From NCBI GenBank assembly GCA_038087875.1, contig CM075988.1:10604001-10668000 (forward strand): DNA of 64,000 nt, in the 5' to 3' direction. Source of the stretch: Malacoraja senta. Taxonomy: Eukaryota. Under the pieces are notes generated by a model. That model was not told the origin of the DNA. It ran no database searches and worked only from the letters and a program-made list of their open reading frames with translations. Below, piece by piece: positions 25,736 to 39,419 of the stretch (the stretch's first letter is position 1; every line of letters begins with the position of its first letter). Made by a program: the position numbers and the translations under genes.

Positions 25736-26754
25736 CTTTAATCATGGCCTCTAGTAATGCGATTGATCAATATCACTAAAATGTACGTCAGCTGGTTGAA
25801 CATGTTATTTTGTGGACATATATGACATTGCCTCGTGTTCCGAATGAATAATTGAAAAACATCTTGGTAAAGGAGAGACCAATACTCAGAAGACATGTGA
25901 AGGTGCACTGGGAGACAAACAGCAAGAATATGATATTTCTTAGTGCTGGCCATCATGAATCCAAGGCATAGGATGAGGAAAATGTGGGCAGTGAGCAGGA
26001 AATGAAACAGTAATGTTTACTTTGATCAAACTGCTCTTTGCTCATTAAATCAAAATCACTATTAGTACTATTTTTTCTGTAAAATTCACAGACGTTTTCA
26101 CATTCTTGTCTGCATCATTTCTCAAATCATGAAAAAGAACAGATTACCATAAATGTAAATTCATACCATACCTTGTTCATGCTGTACCTATGGGTTTCAG
26201 ATTGAACATGGCCAGGTATGAATGAAGGCCTTTTGCTCTTTGTGAATGCAATTCATGAATCAGTTGATCTATATTTTATTACTGGCAGCTCAAACTATAA
26301 TTTTTCATTTACCGATATTTTTATTACTTTTCCTTATTGACCTTTCTTGAAGACAAATTAAATGAGAATGGAGTTCTGAAAGGAAAGATGACCTATGCTC
26401 CCTTATCGAGATAGTCATTCTTCATTGGAAAGAAATACCACTGAAGTATTTTCAACCAACACTGCATCTTTCATTCACCATTGCACACCTATAATTAATT
26501 TTATATTGGCACCATTGTATTTCAGATTCTGGTGAGCACCATCCATCAGACAGTGCCTAGTATTTACACCAGTAACCCAGTTTCTTTGCTTCGGCTTTGA
26601 ATGCATTTTAGGATCAAATGATTGCATGGAGTCCAAGAGTTATACAGCATGGAAACAGGCCTTTCACCCCAACTTGCCCACACTGACCAACATGCCCATC
26701 TACACTAGTCCTGCCTGCCTGAATTGGCCGATATCCCTCTAAACTTGTCCGATA

Positions 26755-27550
26755 GAAGGAACTAGACTAATTTCTAAATGGGTAGAAAATCCAGAAATGG
26801 GAGGTGCAAAGGGACTTGGGAGTGCTGGTGCAGGAATAAATGGTCCAAAATGTTAATCTGCAAGTCAAATCGGTAGTAAAGAAAGCAAACTCAGTGCTAG
26901 CATTTATTTCAAGAGGGTTTGCATACAAAAACAGGGATACCATGTTGAGGCTCTTTCTGGCACTGGTGAGGCTGCATTTGGAATAACGTGAGCAATTTTG
27001 GGCACCATATCTGAGGAAGGATGTGCTGGCTCTGGAGAGGGTCCAGAGGAGGTTTACAAGAATGATTCCAGGAATGAGTACGTTAACTTATGATGAGCGT
27101 TTGTCGGCACTGGGCCTGTACTCGCTGGAGTTTAGAAGAATGAGGGGGTCTTCAATGAAATATACAGAATAGTGAAAGGCTTGGATAGAGTGGATGTGGG
27201 GAGGATGTTTCCATCAGTGGGACTGTGGGAGAGTCGAGAACTAGAGGTCATAGCCTCAGAATTAAAGGACATTCTTTTAGGATGGAGATGAGGAGAAATC
27301 TCTTTGGTCAGAGCGTGGTAAATCTGTGAATTCTTTGCCACAGAAGGCTGTGGAGGCCAAGTCAGTGGATATTTTTAATGCAGAGATAGATAGATTCTTG
27401 ATTAGTACAGGTGTCAGATGTTATGGGGACAAGGCAGGAGAATGGGGTTAGGAGGGAGAGATAGATCAGACGTTATTGAATGGCGGAGTAGACGTGATGG
27501 GCCGAATTGCCTAATTTTACTCCTATTCCGTATGATCTTATGACCTTATC
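26755..27550 (+). mobile_element. CR1/HER1 3' fragment
   Basis: Homologous to the RT C-terminus and 3' UTR of the 62 kb copy. Confidence 0.85.
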
Positions 27551-27552
27551 TT

Positions 27553-27772
27553 AATATTTCTTAAGCGTTGTGATAGTCCCTGCCTCAACCACCTCCTCTG
27601 GCAGCTCGTTCCATACACCCACCACCCTTTGTGTGAAAAGGTTACCCCTCAGGTTCCTATTAAATCTTTCCCCCCTCACCGTAAACCTATGTCCTCTGCT
27701 TTGCGATTCTCCTACTCTGCGCCAAAGACTCTGTGCATCTACCCGATCTGTTCCTCTCATGATTTTGAACAC
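27553..27772 (-). mobile_element. CR1 fragment
   Basis: KIMRGTDRVDAQ...RGHRFTVRGERF...WNELPEEVVEAG. Confidence 0.85.
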
Positions 27773-29355
27773 TATTCTCACAGTAAGTGACCATATCACG
27801 TGTGTGGGACTGATTTCAGAATAAACTCAAGTGATTCTAAATGTAGCTGAGGAGCATCTCCATTAACCAAACTCCCAAATACCACTAATGATTAGTTCAA
27901 CTAATTCACTGAACAAATAATTCATATCAGGTTTGTAAACATATTTAATTATTTAATTGCATTGAACTATGGTGGTGATTTACCTGTGGTATTGACCGAT
28001 ATCTCTCCAGTGGGACATTTCCCAGTGCGTAGGAAGGAACTGCAGATGCTGGTTTATATCGAAGATAGACACAAAAAGCTGGAATAACTCAGCGGGACAG
28101 GCAGCATTGCTGGAGAGAAGGAATGGGGGCGTTTCGGGGCGATCAATGTTATGAAATTGCAGACATTATTTTAATAGACAGAGTGATCACTCATGGGCAT
28201 TACCTCAGCGAGGTCATGAGTGATCATTATTGTACACAGGTAACATTGTAACATTATTACCTCTAAACATGTTGACAATTTGCTGAGCGCTGTCCGATCA
28301 GAGAGACTGTGTGGACCAAAAAAAATGATGTGAAAGGGCACTCACTCACTTGCAGGTGAAAGGTGGATTAAATAAATTATCTGTTCCATTCGAGAATGGA
28401 CATATGTGAATAATTCCTTGTTCCAACTTAAGTCATATGGAGGTCTGCAGAAAGTAGCCTTATAACTTGTTGGAGGTAACGTTATCATTTCTACAGCTCA
28501 TAGTGGAAGCGTTGATATTTATCTCCTATAAACAAATTCTCCAGACTCGGTGTATGCCTACCCATCTGAAGTGGGATGAATATTTTGCTGTTTCCAGTGT
28601 GCAAGTTAACCTAATGTGACACATAGTTTGCAATGTCCTTCTGCAGATTTCTCTTTCACTTCTTGGTTATCTTTCCAAGGACACCATAACCAAATCTACA
28701 ACATTCAGTCTCAAGATGGGTCCCAAGCTGAAACGTTACCAATCCATGTTCCCCACAGATGCTGCCCAACTTGCAAAGTTACTCCAGCACTTTGTGTTTT
28801 TATTTTTAAATGAGTCAGCATCTATTGGCAAAGCCATGAAGAATGGAGCCTTAAAAGGGAGCATGGGAAGCATACTGTATGTTCAATCTTGATCAATTGA
28901 TCAAAACTCTCATTCTAAAAGCATTTGGCACAGATAATCCCACATTAGAGCATCAGAAAGATATATTTCTTAACTCCAGTAGTGCAAAAGGCATTTACCA
29001 CTGGGAGACTTCAACTGAGCGATGACCAGGTAGCTCATCTCTCATGTACTTCACTAAATGTGCTGTAGATTACACAGCTCCTTGATTGCAAGCCAATGAC
29101 AATACATTAAGTCATTATTCTAGTTATTGTTCTTTTGTTTTTCGCATTTAAAACTGTAAAATGTTCCATTCTTGCTTTATGATGTATTAACAATAATGAC
29201 TCAATTGTTGCTTTGAGACTCGCTGCCAGTCATTTACTATCTCATATTTAACAACGTGTAATATTAGATTTATATGTTTCAATGAGGTCCCCTGATTCTT
29301 CTAAACTCCAGCGAGTACAGGCCCAGTGACGACAAACGCTCATCATAGGTTAACC

Positions 29356-29393
29356 TAAAGACCTTAGAGCGGATCTCCGCTCTAAGATCTTTG
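29356..29393. mobile_element. 38-bp palindromic mini-MITE with 8-bp TSD (hAT-like)
   Basis: 18-bp arms TAAAGACCTTAGAGCGGA / TCCGCTCTAAGATCTTTG (2 mismatches) with a 2-nt spacer. GGTTAACC is duplicated at 29348-55 and 29394-401 inside a CR1 fragment. Confidence 0.75.
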
Positions 29394-29544
29394 GGTTAAC
29401 CTACTCATTCCTGGGAGCATTCTTGTAAAACTCCTCTGGACCCACTCCAGAGTCAGCACATCCATAGGGTGCCCAAATAAATGATGTAATAACAATAACA
29501 ACTAAACTGTTGTTTTAGGACTCACTGGCAGTAATTTATATTAT

Positions 29545-30860
29545 GTGATAGGTGGAGGGGTGCTACCTCCTGCACCAATGCAGAACTCATGGACTTCATC
29601 AACTTCACCACCAATTTTCATCCTGCACTCAAATTTACTTGGACCATCTCCAACACTTCCCTCCCCTTTCTTGATCTCACAGTCTCCATCACAGGAATAG
29701 ACTATTGACTGACATCTATTACAAACCCACTCCCACAACTATCTCGACCACACTTCTTCCCACCCTGCTTCCTGCAAAGACTCTATCCCCTACTCCCAAT
29801 TCCTCCATCTACGCCGCATCTGCGTCCATGATGATGTGTTCCATATTAGAACACCCGAGACGTCCTCATTCTTTAGGGAACAGGGATTCCCCTCTCCCAT
29901 CATAGATGAGACTCTCACTCATGTACTCCTTGATACCCCACAGCTCAGCTCTTGCTCCTCCTCCCCCTAGTCCGCCTAGTCCTTACCTTCCACCCCACCA
30001 GCAGTCGCATACAACACATAATCCTCCGAAATTTCCGCCACCTCCGACGGGATCCCACCAAAGAGATTTTCCATCTCCACCCATTTCCGCCTTCCGCAGT
30101 GACTGTTCTCTTCGCAACTCCCTGGTTAACTCATCGCTTCCCACCAAAACCACCCCCTCCCCAGGTACCCTTCCTTGCAACCGCAGAAGATGCAACACAT
30201 GTAGCTATACCTCCTCTCTCGACTGTCCTGGGACCACGACAGTCCTTTCAGGTTAGGCAGAGGTTCACTTACACCTCCTGCAACCTCATCTACTGCATCC
30301 ATTGTTCAAGATGTTGACTCTTATACATCGGCGAGACCAAATGCAGACAGGTGATCATTTTGCTGAACACCTTCGCTCAGCCCGCCTGAACCAACCTGAT
30401 CCCCCAGTTGCTGGTCACTTTAATTCTCCTTCCAATTCCTACGCAGACCTTTCTGTACTTGGTCTCCTCCATTGTCAGAGTGAGGCTAAACGCAAATTGA
30501 AGGAACAGCATCTCATATTTCACTTGGGCAGCTTGCAGCCCAGTGGTATGAATATTGATTTCTCTCACTTCAGGAAACCCCGGGCATTCCCTCACTCTCT
30601 ATCCCTCCCCCACCCAAGTCGTACTAGCTTCTCATTCTCACACTGCAAACATCTTACAATGGCCTGTTTCCTTTTTCATTGTTAATTTTTTGCATATCTT
30701 ACATTCATTGTTCTTTATCTCTCAACATCACCGTCTATATCACTCATTTCCCTTATCCCTAACCAGTCTGAAGAAGGGTCTCTTCCCAAAACATCACCAA
30801 TTCCTTCTCTCCAGAGATGCTGCCTGTTCGAATGAGTTACTCCAGCTTTTTGTGTCTCTC
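29545..30860 (+). mobile_element. Penelope-like element, 3' half (RT C-terminus, GIY-YIG endonuclease, pseudo-LTR), frameshifted
   Basis: FHPALKFTWTISNTSLPFLDL, TDIYYKPT, CNRRRCNTC, CNLIYCIHCSRC, YIGETK, FAEHL, EQHLIFHLGSLQPSGMN. Ends in the CTGAAGAAGGG... terminal motif. Confidence 0.9.
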
Positions 30861-31237
30861 TCATATTTAACAACATGTATTATCAGATTTATTGGTCTGG
30901 AACACAAAGTGAATGATACATTCCAACAATGTTCTTTCTAAAGGACTATGGAAATCAACACCTCAAAATCTTTAGTCTTACATTAGAGAACCAAGAAGTG
31001 TTCACTTTGGAGGGCCCCAGAACAGATTAACTTGTTTAAATTAAGTGCCTTAAACTGGAAGTTGGTTTCCTCAGATTAAATAGGACATTGCTTTTAAAAT
31101 GACTAAAAGAAGACATGTCTCTAATCAATGTCTTCCAGTTTTGTTGATATGAAAAGTTAATTCATTTCTCTTAACAAATGGATTCTGTTCATATTAGAAA
31201 AAATAAATATTTCTGCAGACCACTCAATACATTGCAA

Positions 31238-31550
31238 TAGTTTAGTTTGGAGATACAGTGCGGAAACTGGCCCCTCGGCCGACTGAGTCCACAACGACCA
31301 GAAGTCCCTGCAAACCAACACTCAACTACACACACAAGGGACAATTGTTTACATTTATACAAACCTACATTAACCTAGAAACCTGTACATCTTTGAATGT
31401 GAGAGGAAACCGAAGATCAAGGGGAAAATCCATGCTGGCCACGGGGAGAATGTACAGACTCCGTACAGACAGCACCCCGTAGTCAGGATCGAACCTGGGT
31501 CTCTGGCGCTGTAAGGCAGTAGCTCTACCGCTATGCCACCATGCCACACT
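31238..31550 (-). mobile_element. HE1-type SINE
   Basis: Consensus match with A/B-box-like head. Confidence 0.85.
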
Positions 31551-32965
31551 GAAGGTCTATTGCAATAAAATGCTGGCAAAATGCATGTGTAATGTGTGCA
31601 CAAACCAAACCTAGCCAGTAAGTGTAAAGACTTGTCAAACACGTGATGTCTTCACTCTTAGTTTATTGCATCCATTGTAGTCGTATACACACATATTGCC
31701 CTAGCTGTTCGTGGTCCGTCACCGGAGCTAGAGAGCGAGCTGGGGGTGGGAAGGTTACAATTATACTGAAGATAATGGGGAGTGGTTAGTAGTGGTGAGG
31801 TCATTATGTTAAAGGAACATGCACTGATCTACAGTAAGGACACTATACTTCCATGAATCTTGAATCAAAGAAGGAGTTATCTTCATAGATTCCACCTACC
31901 GACTCACTGAAAGAAATGATTGCATTGCAATAAGTACTGATGAACCATTAAATCAAATTTAAATTGTTCAAATGATTGTAGTGGGATATATTGCTTTAAT
32001 TGAAAAATATTCCTGAGCTGAATAACTTTGAAATGTTGAAAGAATTTTAATTCATCTCAGGGCAGTCAATTGGGTTGGAATTTAAAAACTGGCAGATTAC
32101 AGGTAAGAAAACTAATTCATGATTAAAAAGATGGAAAATGACATTTTATTAAATTTAGTCAGTTGCATTTCACTGCTGTATTTGGGTAGTTATTTGATTA
32201 TTTTCTGGGATGAATTCCCCAGTGAACCAATGCAACAATGTTATAAATACATTATATCAAAAGGATTTGTCAGTGCACTCAAAAAATCTTCACTTTCCCG
32301 TATTAAGGAATCTTACGAGATCACACTTTTATATTAGACACAATAATGCTGGAATAACTTCGACCCAAAACGTCACCCATTCCTTCTCCCCAGAGAAGCT
32401 GCCTGTCCCGTTGAGTTACTCCAGCTTTTTGTGTCTATCTTCAGTTTAAACCAGCATCTGCAGTTCCTTCTTACACACTCATATATTATGTCTTTATCGA
32501 GGAGAACATAAATCTGAATAGTGAAAAAGGTCACGATAATAAACATATCTTTACACTGTCTGTGGACTCAGAAATCTTTCCCTTTCAGATTGCTTTGTTG
32601 CTTGTGTGAGTTGTCACAATATTTTGTGATCCAGGAACTTGTCTTTACCTTTAACTGCTCATTGAAGGGCTGTTGCATATCAGCAATGCCTGGTTTGTTC
32701 ACAGGCCTGGAATTTCAATGGAGGACCAAGGTATCATTGACTATGTCCCTGATGTGGTGGAGACATTGTGAGATCAGGGCTGCAGTGCATCAGTGGGCAT
32801 AGGGGAGGTGGAGGATGGCACAGTTTAAGGTGGGAAGCCTGACGGCAAAAGGCAGTTAACCAAAAGGACTCAGACCCTCACACAATCAACTGCAGATGCT
32901 GCCTAACCCACTGAGTTACTCCAGAACTTTGCGTCCAAAGAGACTCATCTGGATTGGGTTCCTAA

Positions 32966-33759
32966 AGGGCCTGTCCCACTTACGCGACTTTTCAGCAAAC
33001 TGTCTGCGACCTTCAAGCTCGGGGGCACTCGCCTGAAAAACCGCGAGCTGGATCGTCCGGCAGCGTTGAACACACACACACACAAACACATGCAAAGGTG
33101 GGAGCCAGCGAAAGCGGGGGAGCGCTGTCTGAAATTCACACGGTGCAAAGCCAAGGTGATACCCGCGATGAACAGGAAGGTTAAAGACGGCTGGCACAGT
33201 GTACGGTAAGTCCTTTAAAAGAGCGGGGGGGGGGGAGGGGGGAGGGGAGAAGGGGGAGATGGGGTGGGGGGGGTGAGAAGAAGGAGTGGAGACACTTTTA
33301 AGAAGCCAGACAACTTTTAATAAGCCAGAGATACACAGCTGTGAAGTTTAGCGGGCATTTAACATTGCCGGTAGGTTTTCCTTGGTTCTGAAAACTCGTG
33401 CTTACATTTTTCCCCAATGAGCCAATAAAATGCCTGGTCAGCAAAGGAGATTACCTATGGCTACCTCGACTACCTACAACAACATGGCAACCCCACTACC
33501 ACTGCACTACGAGTTCCAAAGTATCGATTTTCTCCATGCCGACCAATTTTTACTCGCAGAAAATGTTTCAGCTTGTTGAAAAATTTTCCGCGACCAAACT
33601 GAGGCCACGAGTAGTAACCACTATGCGGGAACTCCTCTCGACCATGAAGGAGACTTACCAGTGACCACGTACGACCACGTGTCGACCATGCTGCGAGCTT
33701 GAGGCGAGCGCAAACTCTCCTAAACTCGCAAATTAGGTCGCCGTAGTGGGACAGGCCCT
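32966..33759. mobile_element. PIF/Harbinger-type MITE
   Basis: Perfect 15-bp TIR AGGGCCTGTCCCACT (32966-32980 / 33745-33759), direct TAA TSD (32963-65, 33760-62), CpG-rich, non-coding. Confidence 0.9.
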
Positions 33760-33807
33760 TAATACTGTACAAGGATCCGTTCAAGTGGTCTCCATCAAAT
33801 AGCTTGT

Positions 33808-34985
33808 AAAGATAGAAACATAGAAACATAAAGATAGGTGCAGGAGTAGGCCATTCGGCCCTTTGAGCCTGCTCCGCCATTCAATATGATCATGGCTGAT
33901 CATCCAACTCAGTATCCTGTACCTGCCTTCTCTCCACACCCCCTGATCCCTTTAGCCACAAGAGCCACATCTAACTCCCTCTTAAATATAGCCAATGAAC
34001 TGGCCTCAACTACCTTCTGTGGCAGAGAGTTCCAGAGATTCACCACTCTCTGTGTGAAAAATGTTTTTCTCATCTCGGTCCTAAAGAATTTCCCCTTTCC
34101 TTAAACTGTGACCCCTTGTCCTGGACTTCCCCAAAATCGGGAACAATCTTCCTGCATCTAGCCTGTCCAACCCCTTAAGAATTTTGTAAGTTTCTATAAG
34201 ATTCCCCCTCAATCTTCTAAATTTTAGCGAGTACAAGCTGAGTCTATCCAGTCTTTCTTCATATGAAAGTCCTGACATCCCAGGAATCAGTCTGGTGAAC
34301 CTTCTCTGTACTCCCTCTATGGCAAGAATGTCTTTCCTCAGATTTGGAGACCAAAACTGTACGCAATACTCCAGGTGTGGTCTCACCAAGACCCTGTACA
34401 ATTGCAGTAGAACCTCCCTGCTCCTATACTCAAATCCTTTTGCTATGAATGCTAACATGCCATTCGCTTTCTTCACTGCCTGCTGCACCTGCATGCCTAC
34501 TTTCAATGACTGGTGTACCATGACACCCAGGTCTCGTTGCATCTCCCCTTTTTCCTAATTTGCCACCATTTAGATAATAGTCTACTTTCCTGTTTTTGCC
34601 ACCAAAGTGGATAACCTCACATTTATCCACATTATACTGCATCTGCCATGCATTTGCCCACTCACCCAGCCTATCCAAGTCACCTTGCAGCCTCCTAGCA
34701 TCCTCCTCACAGCTAACACTGCCCCCCAGCTTCGTGTCATCCGCAAACTTGGAGATGTTGCATTCAATTCCCTCGTCCAAATCATTAATATATATTGTAA
34801 ATAGCTGGGGTCCCAGCACTGAGCCTTGCGGTACCCCACTAGTCACTGCCTGCCATTCTGAAAAGGACCCGTTTACTCCTACTCTTTGCTTCCTGTTTGC
34901 CAGCCAGTTCTCTATCCACATCAATACTGAACCCCCAATACCGTGTGCTTTAAGTTTGTATACTAATCTCTTATGTGGGGCCTTG
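33808..34985 (-). mobile_element. CR1/HER1 LINE, same subfamily as 62052-63112, with frameshifts
   Basis: Near-identical peptide (VTSGVPQGSVLGPQLFTIYIND...LEYCVQFWSPNLRKD) split across frames. Confidence 0.95.
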
Positions 34986-35745
34986 TGAACTAAACACAAA
35001 GTGCTGGAGTAATTCAACAGGTCTGGCAGCATCTCTGGAGGGAATGAATGGATGACATATTGTGTCTGTGCCCATCTACAGACTGATTGTAGTGGGGAGA
35101 TGAGAAAGCTGGAAAAGATATGGGGGCAGGACAAAGCCTGGCAAGTGATAGATGGATACAGGTGAGGGGGTTCAATTGGCAGATAGGTGGATAACGGCTA
35201 GAGATGAGAAGGAGATAAGAGAGTGTTAGATAAGGCGAGAAGAGGAGTTAAATTTAAAGCCAGAGGGAGAGATATATGTGAGGGGGGGGGGGGGGGTGGG
35301 GAGGAGGTGGGAGAAAGGGCAGGATAGTGGTGGAAATAGGTGCACACTGAGATAACAGGGACACAGGAAAGATGTGAACTGATAGATAGACACAAAATAC
35401 TGGAGTATCTCAGACGGACAGGCAGCATCTCTGGATAGAAGGAATGGGTGGGAAGGAAACTGCAGATGCTGGTTAAAACCTGAGATAGGCACAAAATTCT
35501 TGACTAACTCAGCGGGACAGGCAGCATCTCTGGAGAGAAGGAATGGGTGACGTTTTGGGTTGAGACCCTTCTTCAGAAGGAATTGGTGATGTTTCAGGTC
35601 GAGACCCTTCTTCAGAAGGAATGGGTGATGTTTCAGGTCGAGACCCGCCTGCAGAGACCCCCTGCTGCCTGTCCCTTTGAGTTACTCCAGCATTTTGTGT
35701 CTATCTTTGGTTTAAACCAGCATCTGCAGTTCCTTCCTACACATA
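34986..35745 (-). mobile_element. Cluster of Penelope 3' UTR/pseudo-LTR derivatives with a 39-bp tandem repeat
   Basis: Several copies of ...ctcagcgggacaggcagcatctctggagagaaggaatgggtgacgtttcgggtcgagacccttcttcag. The 39-bp unit recurs about 3 times at 35536-35646. Confidence 0.75.
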
Positions 35746-36834
35746 TGAACTGACAGGTTCAGCTCCCCAGCCAGCCCACACTTCAGTTTGAAGTTCAGAA
35801 TTATTAATCACAACAGACGTGCCTTAGCATTGTTTTCATTCATCATCATTCTTCGCTGTCTTCATGTTTTGTTTACTCTACTAAACCTGCCATTGAATCT
35901 AATTGTATTTTACTTAAGAAAAAAAACTGTTTGTGAAGCTATGGCAAGCACTTCCTGAAAATTGGAGTAAATTCAATTCACTCTTTATCTCCTTACTATG
36001 CTGTAAATGTGGCATGAACAAATAAGCAACACTTGCCCCTTATTTCTTGTTTATATTGTTGGAGTTTATTACATCTGGTCAAGGTAGTTTCAGACATTCT
36101 TATTTAATTTCAACTGCTTTACTGCTTTCATGATACACAATGGAATTGAAGATACCATTTTATCAGTCTTGTTCTAAAGATTGATGTCGAGTCGATTTAG
36201 TCTGATTTTCTATGTTACTTCTATTACACCTCAGGCCAGATGTATCATCTTTTATGCTCGTAGCACCAATGATCTACAAAATCTACATAACCCTCCATGG
36301 TGTTGCTGTTTCTAGTAGTTATTCTAATAACTCTAAATAGGTTTTATCTATATAATTTCCCAGCTTAATTTCTGACTAGCAGGAGGAAATATCAAGAAGG
36401 GTTTCGATCCGAAACGTCACCTATCCACGCTTCACCGGAGATGCTGCCTGACCCGCTGAGTTATTCCAGCATTTTGTGTCTTTCTCAGAAGGAAATATTA
36501 ACTCTGTTTGTGGTGTCTATAGAAGGAGCTTTCTACTTAATACCGCAACTCTGCTTTTAAATCTTTCTTTGATCGATTTTTATCCATGACTGGTATTTTA
36601 ACGGGAACATATTTTGCACAGTGATTGCCAATTTACCAAGAAATTGAATATTTTTATTTTTGCCTCATCTGCATCACACATAATGTTCAACATCTCCACA
36701 GAATCTCATTCCAACCTTCCCTCTGCTCCTTGCTAAAGACCTGAATGCCCTGAAAACTTTCGTCATGGGCTTCTTATGTTTTCTGAATTGGATTTTCAAG
36801 ATAAATATCCAGAGGATTATCAGAACTTCAGAAG

Positions 36835-37100
36835 TTGCACAGTGGTAGAGAGTTGCTGCCTTACAGCACCAGAGACGCAGGTTCAATCCTGACTACAGGT
36901 AATATCTGTGTGGAGTTTGTACGTTCTCTCTGGGACTGCACCGATTTCTCCGGGTGCTCCACTTTCCTCCCACACTCCAAAGATGTGCAGGTTTGTAGGT
37001 TATTTGTCTGCTAGTATGTAGGATAGTGCTAGTGTATGGGGTGATGGCTGATCAGTGCAGACTCATTGGGTTGAAGGGCTTGTTTCCGTGCTACATCTCT
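36835..37100 (+). mobile_element. HE1-type SINE
   Basis: Consensus match. Confidence 0.85.
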
Positions 37101-39419
37101 CCCTAGACGTCACAAATTCCTCTTTCAACACCAAAATAAAAAATGTAGATTAGGCCGTTTCCAAGGAGAGAGAAAGGGAAATCCAGTCACCTGAAATTGT
37201 TAAATCTTGCCTTAAGTCCTGATAGATGCAGTCTCCCATGACTTAAGGTGAGATGTTCACTAATTCATTTGCATCTGCCAAACCCACAATGGCCAGTGAG
37301 AGTAACACTATAACTCTGAAATCATTGCCTTAATAATTCTCATACATCAATCTTTATTTGCACACAAGACAAATTAATTTTATCGAAAGCTTGATCAAGA
37401 ATTTCTGTTTTGGCACACATGCAAATAAAACACTCGTGACTGATGCAAAGCTGTTGCTCAACCTGATGCTGGGCTTTGTTGAAACTTTGGGGGGAAACAA
37501 AGGCAAAGTGGTCTTTGTGGGAGTGGGTAGCAAGAGCCAGAGACCGAGGTGCAACCCTGACCTCCAATGTTATCTGGGTGGAGTTCCCTGTGGATTTCCT
37601 CTGGGTGCTCCAGTTTCTTCCCCACATCCCAAACACAGACGGGTTAGGATATTAATTAGCCATTGTAAATTACTGGCGAGTGAAGAAATATTTCTTCCTC
37701 CAAACACGTTATGTTTCTAAGAGAGTTGAGGGAGTACCAACTCAGAAGGTGTTTTCTAATCTTTATTTCCTATTAAAATGCTGTCAAATGCTTTGAATGT
37801 GGGTCAATCATTAACTGGCCATCTGTGTTTTATATTCCTTCCTCCGGCCCTTAAAACCGCGTGCAGTCTTATAACCGTACGACTCCCAATTCATATTTGG
37901 GCCCCGTGGTTCACTGAATTCAGATTTTCTCTCACTTTGTGACTGTTCTTCTCATTTCGCTCACCTCGTACTCATCCAAGCAAGGTCCAGCTTTGTCGAC
38001 CTCCAATACTACCCCTTGTGATTTATGGGAGAAAATGATTCTGTCTGAAACCTTGCAACTTTTGTGAGTGTTGCTTTCAAACAGTATGTGTTAAGAGAGT
38101 GTTTTGATCCATGACAAATCCATCCAGTACTCATTCCCTTCAACATGGTTGCACATACAATAGAATTTGCACCAACTGTTGCTTTTAAGACTATTATCTT
38201 TCCATTAAATCAATTACTAGAATCTCCATGAACTTCACTCCGGAATGGCTTCATCAAACTTCTTACTGAGTTATTTCCCACCAGTTGAGTGTCCTTTTCA
38301 GATGGATTAATACATTTCTTAGAATTTACTTTGATAAAGAATGTCATTACTTTTTTTGAAAAGGTCTTAACCATTAATTATTATTGGTACATTGCAAATG
38401 ATTTACTGTCATTCTCATAAATGGAACCACTTGTGACAGCAATGTATGTGCCTGCCATTTTAATTCTGGGGACATGAACTTCATACAAAAAGCTACTTAC
38501 AGTCAATAAACTGCTAACAGCATAGTTTGCAAAAGATAAAATATGGACAATGCACTGAATCATATAGGTATTATATGTATTTGGCTTGGTTTTCTAACAA
38601 ATTAATGTGCATTCACGCCATGTGTGTGTGAATTTGAGCTCACTTTGTCTGATTCTCATCCATACAAGACTCGTAATCTGAAACATAAAAACAATCCTTC
38701 AATGGTTCAATGGAGCTTTCTTGGTCACATGTGCAACTGCACAGTGAAATTCTTTTTGCATATTTACACATGCAGATGCCGCCATGTTTTGGCGCCATTT
38801 CCACGGTCCGGTCCGCCTGCACATTCGGTCTATGTTGACTAGTCCCTGATCCAGGTAAGACCCAGGCTCCTGCAGGGCCTTCCTCCATTGCATTCAACCA
38901 GATCCGCCTGTGAACTGAAGTCATTCTCCTTGCCCAGACGTCTTTGTGCACCACATACAGCCGACCTTGAAGATGCTGGAGGCAATACCCCTGAACCAAA
39001 TAACTGCTGATGCTGGATTATACCAAAGATAGACACAAAGTGCTGGATTAACTCAGGGGGTCAGTCAGCATCTCTGGAGATAAAGAAGGGCATTGGGCCT
39101 CTTCATCAGACCCTTCTTTATCCCCAGAGATGTTGCCTGACCCGCTGGGTTACTCCCGCACTTTGTATCTTTTGTAAGCTGAAACAGCAGTCTAGTGTCA
39201 AGCCTCGATAACAGAGTAATGTTGAGAGTGTGACCTTTTTTTATCTTTCTTTGCTCAGATGCTGTTAGAATATACATTGTTTTTTTTTGGAAGAAATGCA
39301 CATGACTAAGAAATGAAACAAAAAAATCACAGAAAGTGCTGGAGTAACTCAGCGGACCAGGGAACATCTCTGGATGAGATGGATAACTCATGTTTCGGGT
39401 TGGGACACTTCAGAGACTT

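Noticed and set aside
35536..35646. CRISPR-like array
   Set aside because: Eukaryotic context; contiguous repeats with no unique spacers.
38640..39036. Overlapping ORFs as a host exon
   Set aside because: No recognisable protein in any frame; more likely a CpG-rich repeat fragment next to a Penelope-derived element.
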